NCBI GenBank assembly: GCA_951406725.2
Contig: OX597820.1
Location: 96,472,001-96,536,000 of the forward strand
DNA from: Octopus vulgaris
Taxonomy: Eukaryota
Direction of reading: 5' to 3'
Length of the DNA stretch: 64,000 bases
The notes under the pieces are model-generated. The model was not told the origin of the DNA, made no database searches, and saw nothing but the letters and a program-made list of their open reading frames with translations. The position numbers and the translations under genes are program-made. Positions 10,501 to 24,000 of the stretch are shown piece after piece. Numbering within the stretch: the first letter of the stretch is position 1; each line of letters begins with the position of its first letter.

Positions 10501-13500
10501 AGTATAGTAGATATATTCTAAGAAATAAATTTTGCAACAGGCGCAGGTGTGACTGTATGGTAAGAAGCTTCTTCCCAACCACATAATCCTGGGTTCAGTC
10601 CACTGCATGGCAACTTGGGCAAGTGTCTTCTACTCAGGTCAACCAAAGCCTTGTGAGCGAGTTTGGTAGACAGAAATTGAAAAAAGACATTGTATTTATG
10701 TATATATGTATGTGTATGCATGAACATATGTAGATATATATATATATATATGTCTTGCAAGTACTTAATGAGCCTGTCAGTGCAGGTGCCACTTAAAAGC
10801 ACCTAGTTCACAGTGTAAAGTGTTTGCTGTTCAGAAGGGAATCCAGCAGTAAAAAACCTTGCCAAAACTGACCTCGCCTGTGCTTGTGCCATGTAAAAAG
10901 CACTAAGTCCACTCTGCTGAGTGGTTGGTGTTAGGAAGGGCATCCAACTGTAAAAATCCTGCCGAAACAGTCACAAGAGTCTAATGCAGGATTCTGCCTG
11001 GCTGGCTCTCGTGAAATCATCCCACCCATGGTAACATGGAAGGCGCACGTTAAGCAATGATGATGAGATAGATAGATAGATAGATAGATAGATACACACG
11101 CGCACACATGTGTGTGTGCACGCCTACCACTGACAGACAACCAGTGTTGGTGTGTTTACACCCCCAAAACTTATTAATTAGTCTTGCAAAAGAGACCAAC
11201 AGAATGAGTACCAAGCTTAAAACGAAAAGTATTAGAGTCAATTCATTCAACTAAAAATTTGTCAAGCCATTGCCCCAGCATGGTCACAGACTAAATGACT
11301 GAATCGAGTACAAGGTGAAAAGTAAAATAAAAACTGAAAAATGTGATGGTACAGTGTTATTATTATCATTTTAACATCCACTTTTCTGTGTTGCATGGGT
11401 TGGATGGATTTTAATGAGGCAGATGTTCTATGGCCAGATACCCTTCCTGGCACCAAGCCTCATCTGTTTCCAAGTTAGGTAATATTTCCCCATGCTGCTT
11501 GTATGACAGTGACACTCATGTAAAACTATGACACATTACCAAGACATGGAGATACAAACATACACGCACAAGCATGGCTGGACACACTCTCAATTAAACA
11601 ACAAATGTTCCAGTTGGGTCATTCAACAGAAAAGCCTACTGATGAAATTAATGTCCAAAGTGATTGAGTACTCTACAGACACTCCATACTTTCAATGTAG
11701 CTGTCAGTGAGATTCAGCAAGACACACTGAGTGTTACAAAGCTGGCACATTGAATTACTATGCATTTTTGTCACCTGAGTGAACTGGAGCAACAAGGGCA
11801 CAAAATTTCACAGGCAATCAAACTCATGACCTTACAATAGTAAGCAGAGTACACTAACCCACATGCCTTCAGTTGTATATACACACACACACACAATAAT
11901 ATACATTCACACACACACAACTGTCAACAATTGACAAGTCCCTTAACTCATTGGAGGGTCATTGGGGCACTGTAGCCATGCAGCATATCGAGGGCAAGAA
12001 AGCCTGGTAGAGCTCATCCCTCTCCAGGTTAAACTCATTTCTACAGCTGAGTGGACTGGAGCAATGTGAAACGAAGTGTTTTGCTCAAGAACACAACAGA
12101 TCGCCTGGTGAAGGGATTGAAACCACAAACTTACGATCATGAATTCAACACCCTAACCACTAAGCAATGTGCCTCCCAAAGCCATATACACACACACACA
12201 CACACATATACATACACACCAGACATGCACATATATAAACACACACAATGGACTTCTTACAGTTTCTGTCAACTCAATCCACTCACAAGGCTTTGGTTGG
12301 CCCAGGGCTATGGAAAACATTTGACCATGGTACCACGCAGTGGAAGTGAACTCAAGACCATGTGGTTGAGAAAGAAACCTCTTAACCATACTTGTCGTTA
12401 TATGTGTGTGTTACATATTAGGCAATACTACAGGTATAAGAAAATTTAACTAATTGTTCCTTATGTGAACAGAAAATAAACCTAAGCATTTTATAAGCAG
12501 AAATAAGTGAAGTTGTTACATTTATGCCTTTCCTTAATAGACTGGTAACTTGTAAAATAGTGTTTCTCAACCAGGATCCATATGACCCTTGGTGTGTGTG
12601 TGTGTGTGTGTAGGGGGGGGGGGGGTATACAATTTTGTTGTTAAAATTTATCTGCGATTAATTGGTTAGAATTCTACAATACACAAAATATTTTAACAAT
12701 TTTTTTAATACAATTCCTAATATCTAATTATCAAAGTATTATATATAAGTCAAAACTATTGAAAAGGTTGCAACACGCAACGAAAATTTTAGGACAATAA
12801 AAAATAAGAAATAAGTGGAAATTTTACCGGTGAGTGTGTTAAATAATAAGTCATACAAAAAGAAAATGACTCTCCCCAGACACTACAAAATATGCTTCAA
12901 CACACAAACTCATATAAAGAATCTTGCAGACCAAATCCAAAAGTGAGAAGTATAATATGTTTTTAAGCATCAAGTGGCTACGAGGTTTCCATTTGAGTAA
13001 AATGGGAATCAAAGGGGCCCATAAGCAAAAATTGATTGAGAAACACTGATGATGTAAAGTAACACAAAGTGGTGAGTAATTCCATATGGGGGTCAAAACT
13101 GAGCAGAGGCACATACAATTCACTGAGGACTTGCTCTAAACTAGGACACCCTCAATAATTCGTGATATAACAATAGATATGACATACTTCGCGGATCTCT
13201 TCTTCCATAACAGGTTCCATTTGGTAATTTGCATCAACCCATGGAGTGGTCAAGTGATTCTGCATGCGGATTTGTGACAGCAGCTCATTGAGTCGGCCCT
13301 GAAATTAAGAGATTAAATTTAGTTTATGGAGTCATAGCGGTAAAAGAGAGAGAAAGAGAACCAGACCAGACAGAGACAGACATACAAAGGGAGAGAGAGA
13401 GAGTTAATCTTTTAGCATTTAACCATTTAGCATCCAGATTTCTCTGTCAAATATAACGCTTGCTTATTCGTGTTGTTTTGAATTAAACCTGCATTATTAT

Positions 13501-14137
13501 CTCATAGCTTTGATAGTTTGATGATGTGACTGTTTATTTTAGGGTGACATCAGAGGGTAGATACGAGATGCCAGATCTGGCTGGTCTAAACATAAAACAA
13601 GTAAAATATTTTGGTTGGATATGGCCAGCTTCAACACTAAAGGGTTAAACCAGCCATATCCAACCAAAATATTCTACTTGTTTTATGCTCAAACTGACCT
13701 GATCTGGCCTGTCACAACTATTCTTCAAGGACATTCAAAAAATAAACAACTTCTGCAAATTTAGGATTCTCCATAAATACAAAATTTTATTTAGGTACTT
13801 ATGGGAGCAACAGTCTTCAAAGACTCATATTGTCATTTAATGCTCGAAATGAGGAGTAGACAGACAGCAGACAACTGATGAAGGGTCGCTCTTTGTGTTA
13901 TTTCTCCTGTTTTCCATTTGTTTCTCTTGTTGTTTGCATATTGAGCTCATTTGTTTCTGTATTTCATGTTTATTATTGGTGACATCCTGTATTCATATAA
14001 GCATATATATATATATATATATATATCCTTTCAAGAATTTATCCATAATTAGTGGTTTGAATTTTCTACTGCTCTTTCTAGCACAAGGTTTTCCTATTTG
14101 GAAGCCTCTTAATGTGTTCTAATAGACACGATATTTT

Positions 14138-14189
<52 letters not shown>

Positions 14190-14825
14190 CATATATATAT
14201 ATTATCTATATTATTATTTGACCGAACACCATGCATCCATTTCCAAGTAAGTTTATCTTAATTTTTTTGATGTGACTCTATACTGTTTTCTCCCCCCATC
14301 CATTTCTCTAATTCCCATTTTCACCCTTTCACCGTTTTCTATCTGTCTCTCTTCTCCCCACTTTCTCTTTTTCCCTCTCTCTAGTAGCTCACATGTGACC
14401 ATCGTCCATCCTTCTTTTCCTACAGGACTATCCTAAGGACTGGATGTATTGTATCATACTCTTCTATCTTTTCTCTTTTCAAAGAAAATATTTCTCTAGC
14501 ATTTGCTATTGTACCCTCGTTCTGGTCTAACTATCCTCCATATTTGTTTCCGAGTTGTTTCCTTGTATGTCTCCACTGTCCTGTTTCTGTTCCCAACTTT
14601 GACCCTCCATAAATCCAAAATTTTATTTTGGCACTTATGGAAGCAACAGTCTTCAAAGACTCATATTGTCATCCAATGCTCGAAATGAGGAGCAGACAGA
14701 CAGTGGACCATTCTTTGTGTTATTTGTTCTTTTTTACATTTGTTTGTCTCATTGTATGCATATTCAACTCATTTGTTTTCGAATTTCATGTTGTTTACTG
14801 TTGGTGATATCCTGTACCCATATAC

Positions 14826-14871
<46 letters not shown>

Positions 14872-15036
14872 ATGCACATATATATGCATATACATACATA
14901 CACATATATACATACATACACACATATATATATATATATATATGCATACACATATATACATACATACACATATATATATGCATATATATATCAGTATACA
15001 CATATATATACATATATGCACATATATGTGTGTGTG

Positions 15037-15081
<45 letters not shown>

Positions 15082-18000
15082 GTGTATATGTATATATATG
15101 TAGGTGTATATATATATGTGTGTGCGTGTATATGTGTATATATACATATGTGTGTGTGTATATATGTGTGTGTGTGTATCTATGTATATATATATATAAA
15201 GTTGATGCACGTGAAATTTACAGTAAAAACCAGAGAGTTAGCAAAGAGCAAGTTTCATATGAACAGAAGAGATGATTTTACAGTTATTAGCATGAGTCAG
15301 ACAGTTTGACATGGAGTTGGCTAGCAGGGAGCTGTCCAGACTCCAGCCATCTGCTTAGGCATGGTTTGTACAGCTGGTTGCCTCCTAACACTAACCACTT
15401 AACAGAGTGGGCTGGGTGCTTTTTACATGCCACCAGCACAGGTGCGTTTACACAGCACTGACATGGGTGCATTAACGCAGTACCAGCACAGGTACATTAA
15501 CACAACACTGGCACAGGTGCTATTTAAACAGTACTGGCACAGTGATGATCTATATATTTATAGTGCATGCTGGTCGCAAATGAGGCTGTTGGCTGGTGAG
15601 AAAATAATTAGTGATAGAGACAGACTAAGAAAGACTTACAAAGCAATAGTTGGATCCGATCCAATTAAAAACAACAGAAAAAAATGCATGTTAATTGATG
15701 TTAATTGAAAATAATTCACCTTGAACTGTGTCGGATGATTAAGTTCCGACTGTAATGCCTCCAGCTGAGCACGGAATTGTTCTTCGGTATCTTGCATGGC
15801 TACACCTAGTTTTCGGTAAACTTCTTGCTTGACAATAACCTGTGGAGTTACAAAAGAAAAAAATACAATGCAGAATGACAGATTCATTGTAGAATCAAAG
15901 CAAATGCCTTGTGGTATTTGTTTTGGCTTTTTTATGCTGTGAGTTCAAATCCTTCTGGCATCAAATTTGACTTTCATCCTTTTGGAGCCAATAAAACAGA
16001 ATATCATTCAAATAATGAATTTGATGAGATTGACTAATTCCCTTCCCTAAATTAGAAATCATTGTCGTCCTCATTATTATTGTTGCTGTTGTTGTTGGTA
16101 GGGTGGCATGCTAGCAGAATCATTAGCATGCCAGGCAAAATGCTTAGAGGCATTTCATCCGTCTTTATGTTCTAAGTTCAAATTCTGTCATGGTCGACTT
16201 TGTCTTTCATCCTTTTGGGATCAATTAAATAAGTTAAACACTGGGGTTGGTATAACTGACTTGCCCACTCCTAAAGATCTTACTACAATTATTGAACGCA
16301 GGTACAAGATTTTCTGGGCAGGGAACACTGACGGGGTTGGTGGCGTGGGTATACTTATCGCTGAGAAATGGGTAGATAAAGTAATTGAGGTAATCAGAGT
16401 ATGTGACAGAATACTTAAGATTAGATTAGTGCTTCATCATAGTTTAGCAACCATTATATCAGCCTATGCTCCTCAGTCGGGGCTACCCGATGGACAGAAA
16501 GACCGATTCTATGACACTCTACTGCAGACTACCTCGTTGACGAACGACAGAGACCTTATCTTTGTGGCTGGTGACTTCAATGGTCACGTTGGACGACATG
16601 CTGGGGGCTTCCATGGCGTACATGGAGGCTATGGCTATGGCTCCCGCAACGAGGAGGGAACCAGGCTGCTGGAGTTCTGCGATGCAAATAATCTTATGAT
16701 TTGCAACACTAACTTCAGGAAACCTACCAGCCACCTAGTCACTTACCAATCGGGCCAACATACCAGCCAAATTGACTACATCCTTACAAGGCAAAGGGAG
16801 AGATGGCTGCTTATAAATGCCAAAACCTTCCCAGGTGAAGAATGTACCCCACAACATAGACTGGTAGTTAGTGACTTTAGGATCAGGACTAGGAGGACAA
16901 CCAGAAGACGACAAATATGGAGAAGAAGGATCTGGAAGCTTAAAGATCCTGCAAATGGACAGAGATTTAGGGACATATTACTTGAAGCCTCTGACGAAGT
17001 AGAAGGGGATAGAGCATCACAGGGGGTAGAAGACAGCTGGACGTTTCTAAGGGACAACCTGCTGAGAGCCACTGACCAGATCTGTGGCTGGTGCAAAGTC
17101 CCCTCTCGACCTAGAATAACGTGGTGGTGGAACAACATTGTAGACAGGGCTATTAGAGAAAAGAGACAGGCTTGGAAGGTCTGGAAAAATGGGGGTAGCA
17201 GGGGATTGTATCAGACTGCCAAAAGAGAAGCTAGGAGACAGGTTTATTTAGCCAGAGGGGAAGCAGATAAGAAAAAATTTGCCAATGTTCTGCGCCGTGA
17301 GGACCAAAGACTGGAGGTGTTTCGTGTTGCAAGACAGTGTGTGAGAGAGAATCGTGATGTGGTAGGAGAGAAGTGTGTTCGCATGGAAGATGGTTCACTT
17401 GCGCTAAATGAGGATGCAAAGAGAGAGGTTTGGAGATGCCACTATGAAAGGTTGCTGAATGAAGAAAATGAATGGGATAAAGAGAGTCTGCCGAATGTTG
17501 ACCCAACAGAGGGACCAGCTATCCGAGTTGATAGTTCCGTGGTAGCTAAGGCAATTAGAAGCATGAAGACAGGGAAAGCCCCAGGCCCATCAGGAATCAC
17601 TGCAGTGATGCTCAAAATGTCTGGTAGTGTCGGCTATAGCCTAGTCACCCGTATAGTTAATCAGGTGATACACAAAGGGGTCATACCCAATGACTGGTGT
17701 AGCAGTATAATAGTCAACTGCTACAAAGGTAAAGGTGATGCCCTAGATACAAATAACTACAGAGGTATCAAGCTGTTGGACCAGGTGATGAAGGTTACGG
17801 AGAGGGTCATAGCCCAACTAATTAGAGAGAGAGTTAGTTTAGATGAGATGCAGTTTGGGTTTGTGCCAGGGAAAAGTACTACTGATGCTATATTCCTGGT
17901 AAGGCAGCTGCAGGAGAAATACCTAGCCAAAGATAAGCCCCTGTACCTGGCTTTTGTTGACATGGAGAAAGCTTTCGACAGGGTCCCCCGATCCCTTATC

Positions 18001-21000
18001 TGGTGGGCAATGAGGAAACTAGGGATAGATGAATGGTTAGTGAGAGCTGTGCGGGCCATGTATAGGGACGCCGCTAGTAGGGTGAGGGTTGGAAATGTGT
18101 ACAGTGAAGAATTCCGGGTAGAGGTAGGAGTCCACCAAGGCTCAGTACTCAGCCCCCTCCTATTTATCATAGTCCTCCAGGCAATAACGGAGGAATTCAA
18201 GACAGGATGCCCTTGGGAGCTCCTCTATGCTGATGACCTTGCTCTAATTGCTGAGTCGCTATCAGAACTGGAGGAGAAGTTTCAGGTGTGGAAACAAGGA
18301 TTAGAATCGAAGGGCCTCAGAGTCAATCTAGCTAAAACCAAAGTCGTAATCAGTAGGAAGGTAGACAAATCACAAACACCTTCAGGTAGATGGCCCTGCT
18401 CGATCTGTAGAAAAGGTGTAGGTAGAAACTCTATAAGATGCACCAAGTGTAAGCTATGGACACATAAGAGATGCAGCAATGTCAAAGGAAGGCTAACTAG
18501 GAAGATGGTTTTTGTATGTGGCAGATGCTCAGGAACAATAAACACTGAAAATGCTCTGAGACCAACTTCCGTCACTTTCCAGGGAGAAAAACTAGAAATA
18601 GTTGATAGTTTCCGTTACCTAGGTGACCAAGTCAGCAGCGGGGGCGGGTGTGCTGAAAGTGTAACTGCTAGAGTAAGAATAGCTTGGGCAAAGTTCAGAG
18701 AGCTCTTACCTCTGCTGGTGACAAAAGGCCTCTCGCACAGAGTGAAAGGCAGACTGTATGATGCGTGTGTACGAACAGCCATGCTACATGGCAGTGAAAC
18801 ATGGGCCGTGACTGCTGAGGATATGCGTAAGCTCGCTAGAAATGAAGCCAGTATGCTCCGATGGATGTGTAATGCCGGTACTCACACTCGGCAGAGTGTA
18901 AGTACCTTGAGAGAAAAGCTGGACCTAAGAAGCATCAGTTGTGGTGTGCAAGAGAGACGTTTGCGCTGGTATGGTCATGTGGCGAGAATGGATGAAGATA
19001 GTTGTGTGAAAAAGTGCCACACCCTAGCGGTTGAGGGAACCTGTGGAAGAGGCAGACCCAGGAAAACCTGGGACGAGGTGGTGAAGCACGACCTTCGAAC
19101 TTTAGGTCTCACTGAGGAAATGACTAGAGACCGAGACCTCTGGAAGTGTGCTGTGCGCGAGAAGACCCGGCAGGACAAGTGAGTCCATAACCCGTGGCCT
19201 TCTACATGGGATGGAGCCGGCCTACGTATGCATACCTTCCCTTCTTGGGACACAAAACTCTACTTGTGAAGACGTGTTGAGGCAAGTGAGGATCAGAATC
19301 GAAATCGATCAATGGAAATTGCGGATGTGCTACCAGTGCCGGTGGCATGTCAAAACTCTGCTTGTGAAGACCCGTTGAGGCAAGTGAGGATCAGAATCGA
19401 AATCGATCAATGGAAATCGATCAATGGAAATTGCAGATGTGTTACCAGTGCCGGTGGCATGTAAGAGAACTTTCCGTTTCGCGACCGTTGCCAGCACCGC
19501 CCCGTTTCGTGTCCGTTGCCAGCCTCGCCTGGCACATAAAAAGCACCATCCGTTCGTGGCCGTTTGCCAGCTCTGTCTGGCACCAGTGCGGGTGGCACGT
19601 AAAAAGCACCCACTACACTCACGGAGTGGTTGGCGTTAGGAAGGGCATCCAGCCGTAGAAACACTGCCAGATTTGACTGGGCCTGATGAAGCCTTCTGGC
19701 TTCACAGACCCCAGTAGAACCGTCCAACCCATGCTAGCATGGAAAACGGACGCTAAACGATGATGATGATGATGATGATTATCGGTGAGCTGCCAGAATC
19801 ATTACTGCATCAGAAAAAAATATTTAGGGGCATTTCTTCCAGCTCTTTACATTCTGAGTTCAGATTCCATTGTGGTCAACTTTACCTTTCAAGGTTGATA
19901 AAACAAGTACTAGTTGAGCACTGGGGTCAATGTAATTCATCATCATCATCATCGTCGTTTAACGTCCGTTTTCCATGCTAGCATGGGTTGGACGGTTCGA
20001 CCGGGGTCTGGGAAGCCAGGAGGCTGCACCAGGCTCCAGTCTGATCTGGCAGTGTTTCTACAGCTGGATGCCCTTCCTAACACCAACCACTCCATGAATG
20101 TAAAGGGTGCTTTTTATGTGCTACCAGCACAGGGACCAGAGAAGGCTGGCAATGGCCACAATCGGTTGGTGCTTTTCACATACAGTCCTAAAAATTGCTG
20201 AACTTGTGCCAAAATTAATGATGATGATGATGACGACAACTATGATCATGAAGATGCAAGTTTTTATTATTTCAATAACTTTTATGTATACTTTTACCAT
20301 GCTTGCAGGATTGGATGAATTTTCACAAGAACAGCATCTTTTTTTGGTAATTTTTGTGAGATTTAGCTTTTACCACTTCTTCCTAAGTCACCTTGGTTTT
20401 TTTCTAAGTTGTTGCTTCCACTTGGCTTTCCTGGGACTTCTTAACCCAATATCTCATCCTCCAAACACAACACATATCCAAACTAACTTAGTCAGCCCTC
20501 TTACACACAAAACTTGTTTCCTCTTATAATCATCTACCTTGTCCTTACTCTAGCAGCTATGCTTTTGAAGAACACCTTCCCTAACTACTAATTTGGTCAC
20601 CTAGATATTGGAAGCTATCTATTATTTCTATGAAGCTCTCCAAGCATTTGAAAGAATATATTTTATGGGTCATCTTATTGCTAATTATTCTAGTGCATCA
20701 GCTATATATGAAATTCCCTTTCTTTATCAGCCTACTTGTAATACAACCTTATTTCTTCTAGAAATTTCCTGTTAGGTCCTATACAATTCCGGCTTAATTT
20801 AATCTAGAGCAGTTACATGCTTAGTTCTTTCATGACAATAAATGAGAAATATTAATAACTAATCTAGTCAATATTTATAGTTCTCAAGGTGGTGAGCTGG
20901 CAGAATTAGCACACTGGGCAAATTGCTTAGCAGCATTTCATCCATCTTTAGGTTGAGTTCAAATTGACTCAGCATTTCATCCTTTAGAGGGTCAATAAAA

Positions 21001-24000
21001 TAAATACCAATAATGTAGGAACACTGGGGTCGATATGACTTATTCCTTCACTCAAAACTGCTGACATTCTGCAAAAATGGTTCTTATATTTCAAAATATT
21101 TATGAGATAGCATTAAAAAGTTCCCAGACTAGATTCTGTAGTGCGCCAACAGATGGTAGCACATGGTTGCATGTGCAGTGAGAGATAGCAGTGACTTTCA
21201 TGAGGCAGTGTACCAAGTGACATCATTGTTTACTTCACAGGTTGTGAAATTTGTGTTTTTGTGATCACATGTATATTGTAGTCTGTGATTTTTGTCTTAG
21301 ACTGGAAGTTGGAACAAAGAGCCAAAGTGAAACATTTGAGAAGACTTCTATAGAGACATTGAGCATGCTTCGGCAAGCTTACGGCGACAAAGCAATGGGT
21401 CGTACACAATGTTTTGAGTGGCATCGGCACTTCAAAAGTGGAAGAACATCCCTGGAAGATGATGAGCAATCTGGAAGACCTGTCACAAGTATCACCCCCC
21501 GAAATGTGGAGACAATTCATCAGCTTGTACATGTGGATCATCAAAGGACAACCAATGACATTTTGAAGCATCTGAGGGAGGACATTTGACGAAAGCAACC
21601 AGGTCTGTGGAGCACGATGAATTGGATTCTTCATGATGGCAATGCACCCCGTCACTGAACTCCCTTCACTCATGAGTTTCTTGCCAAGAACAACATGGTA
21701 TCGCTTCCACACCCACCCAATTTGCCAGACTTAGCACCTGCAGACTTCCATCTCTTTCCCAAGATAGAAATGCAGTTCAAAGGTCACTGTTTTTTTTACA
21801 CCATTGTCAAGATCAAGAGCAAATCAAAACCAAAATCAATTCGATGACTGGCATCCGTGCTAGCGGGGTGCAAAGAGCACCATACAAGTGTGATCGTTGA
21901 CAGAGCGGCTAACCGGCCTCCGTGCCAGCAGCACATAAAAGGCACCATTTGAGTATGACCGTTACCAGCGTCGCCTTACTGGCACTTGTGCATGTGCTAG
22001 TAGGGTGCTAATCTGAGTAGGGTGCCAACTGGCTTTCGTACCCATGGCACGTAAAAGGGTACCATTCGAGCGTGATCATTACCAACGTCGCTTCACTGGC
22101 ACCTGTACCGGTGGCACATGTAAAAAGATTCAAGTGAGGTCATTGCCAGTACCACCTGACTGGCGCCCATGCCAGTAGCACGTAAAAAGCACCCACTTTT
22201 AGTGGTTAGGAAGGGCATCCAGCTGTAGAAACTCTGCCAAATCAAGATTGGAGCCTGGTGCAGCCATCTGGTTCGCCAGCCCTCAATCAAATCGTCCAGC
22301 CCATGCTAGCATGGAAAGCGGACGTTAAACGATGATGATGATGATGAAGAAGAGCAAATTGCAGGAGGTCCTCGACTTGCCTACGGAAAATGACTTCCAA
22401 ACCAAATACCAAAAGTGACAGGAAGACTGGGACCAGTGTATTGCTGTGTAAGGTGACTATTTTGAAGGAGATGGTGTCAAAACTTCAGCAAGTTATTTTT
22501 TATTAAACATAACCAGTCTGAGACCTTTTCAATACCACCTGTGTATCTCAATGTTATTTGTTTCTGTTAATTTTCATTGACTGGGACTGAAAGGCAGATT
22601 GTATGATGCCTGGCTGTGATCAGCTATGTTACATAGCAGTGAAACACGGGCTGTGACAGCCGATAACAAGCACAGGCTTGAAAGAAATGAAGCCAGTATA
22701 CTTCGTTAGATGTACAATGTCAGTGTGCATGTTTGACAGAGTGTAAGCATCTTGAGAGAAAAGTTGGGCATAAGAGGCATCAGATGTGGTATGCAAGAGA
22801 GACAACTGCGCTGGTATGGTCATGTGATGCGTATAGATAAGGACAACTGTGTAAAGAAGTGCTGATCTCTAACTGTGGAGAGAACCTGTGCTAAAGGTAA
22901 TCTCAAGAAGACATGGGATGAGGTGATGAAGCATGATCTTCGAACTTTGGGCCTCACAGACTTGTAACTGAGACCTTTGGTGATATGCTTGAGAAGACCT
23001 ACCAAGCCAAGTGAAATCGTAGCCGTGGCCAATGCTGGTGTCACGTAAAAAGCATCTTTTGAGCATTGGGCCTCATGGAGGCAAAGTGACCGACACTGGT
23101 GGCATGTGAAAAGCACCTTTTGAATGTTGAGCCTCATGGAGGCCAAGTGACCAACACTGGTGGTATGTGAAAAGCACCTTTCGAAAGTTGGGCCTCACAT
23201 AGGCAATGATGAATGACCAAGACCTTTGGCATTATGTCGTGCTTGAGAAGAAGACCAATCAAGCCAAGTAAGATTGCAATTGTGGCAGATACTGGTATCA
23301 CGCAAATGGAACCCATGCCAGTGGCACCTAAAAGCACCCATTACATTCTCAGAATGGCTGGCATTAGGAAGGGCATCCAGCCATAGAAATCATGCCAAGT
23401 CAGATTGGTGTCTGGTGCAGCCTTGGTCAAACTGTCCAACCCATGCCAGCATGGACAACAGACATTAAATGATGATGATGACTGCTCCAACACGTTTCTC
23501 AAGTTCTGCATTATCTCAAGTGTCTTTATTCAATATAGTTCATTTTTTTTACATCTGCCTTTCCATGGGTTGGACAGGCTTCTCTAGAACAGCACATTGC
23601 CAATTATTTAAGGTCCTTTCTCAGAAGCCTATCACATATATGTATATGCAAAAGATATACACTTCACCATAGAAAAAAATAACTATCAGCAAACCAGTAT
23701 GTGAAACAAAATAAATTATGACGTCTATCTTGCCAAGATTCAGAGATCATCATTCTCACCATTAGAAATGCAATAAACTAGTAAGTGACTACTGCAAAAC
23801 ATTTTTTTTATGATCAGGTTCCAGTTTGGACCAAATGAATTGATTGCTGTGACCAGGATTCGAAACTGGGTTACCATGGCCACAATCATGACTGGCAACA
23901 AAGCTCAAACTTATAACCAACACAGTAACATGTTCAAAGCAAGATTGATTTATAACATGAATGGCTAACCTATTTTGAGAAGCAGATTGCATAAGACTTA

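Noticed and set aside
13795-13890. GAGCA..TGCTC-GAAA and a downstream CTGATGAAGGG as a hammerhead
   Set aside because: The core elements are in the wrong order or mutated (CTTATGG in both copies).
14666-15309. Long Y/I/C/V/H-rich ORFs (also 1809-2529 and 8544-8881)
   Set aside because: Translations of TA/CA/TG microsatellites.
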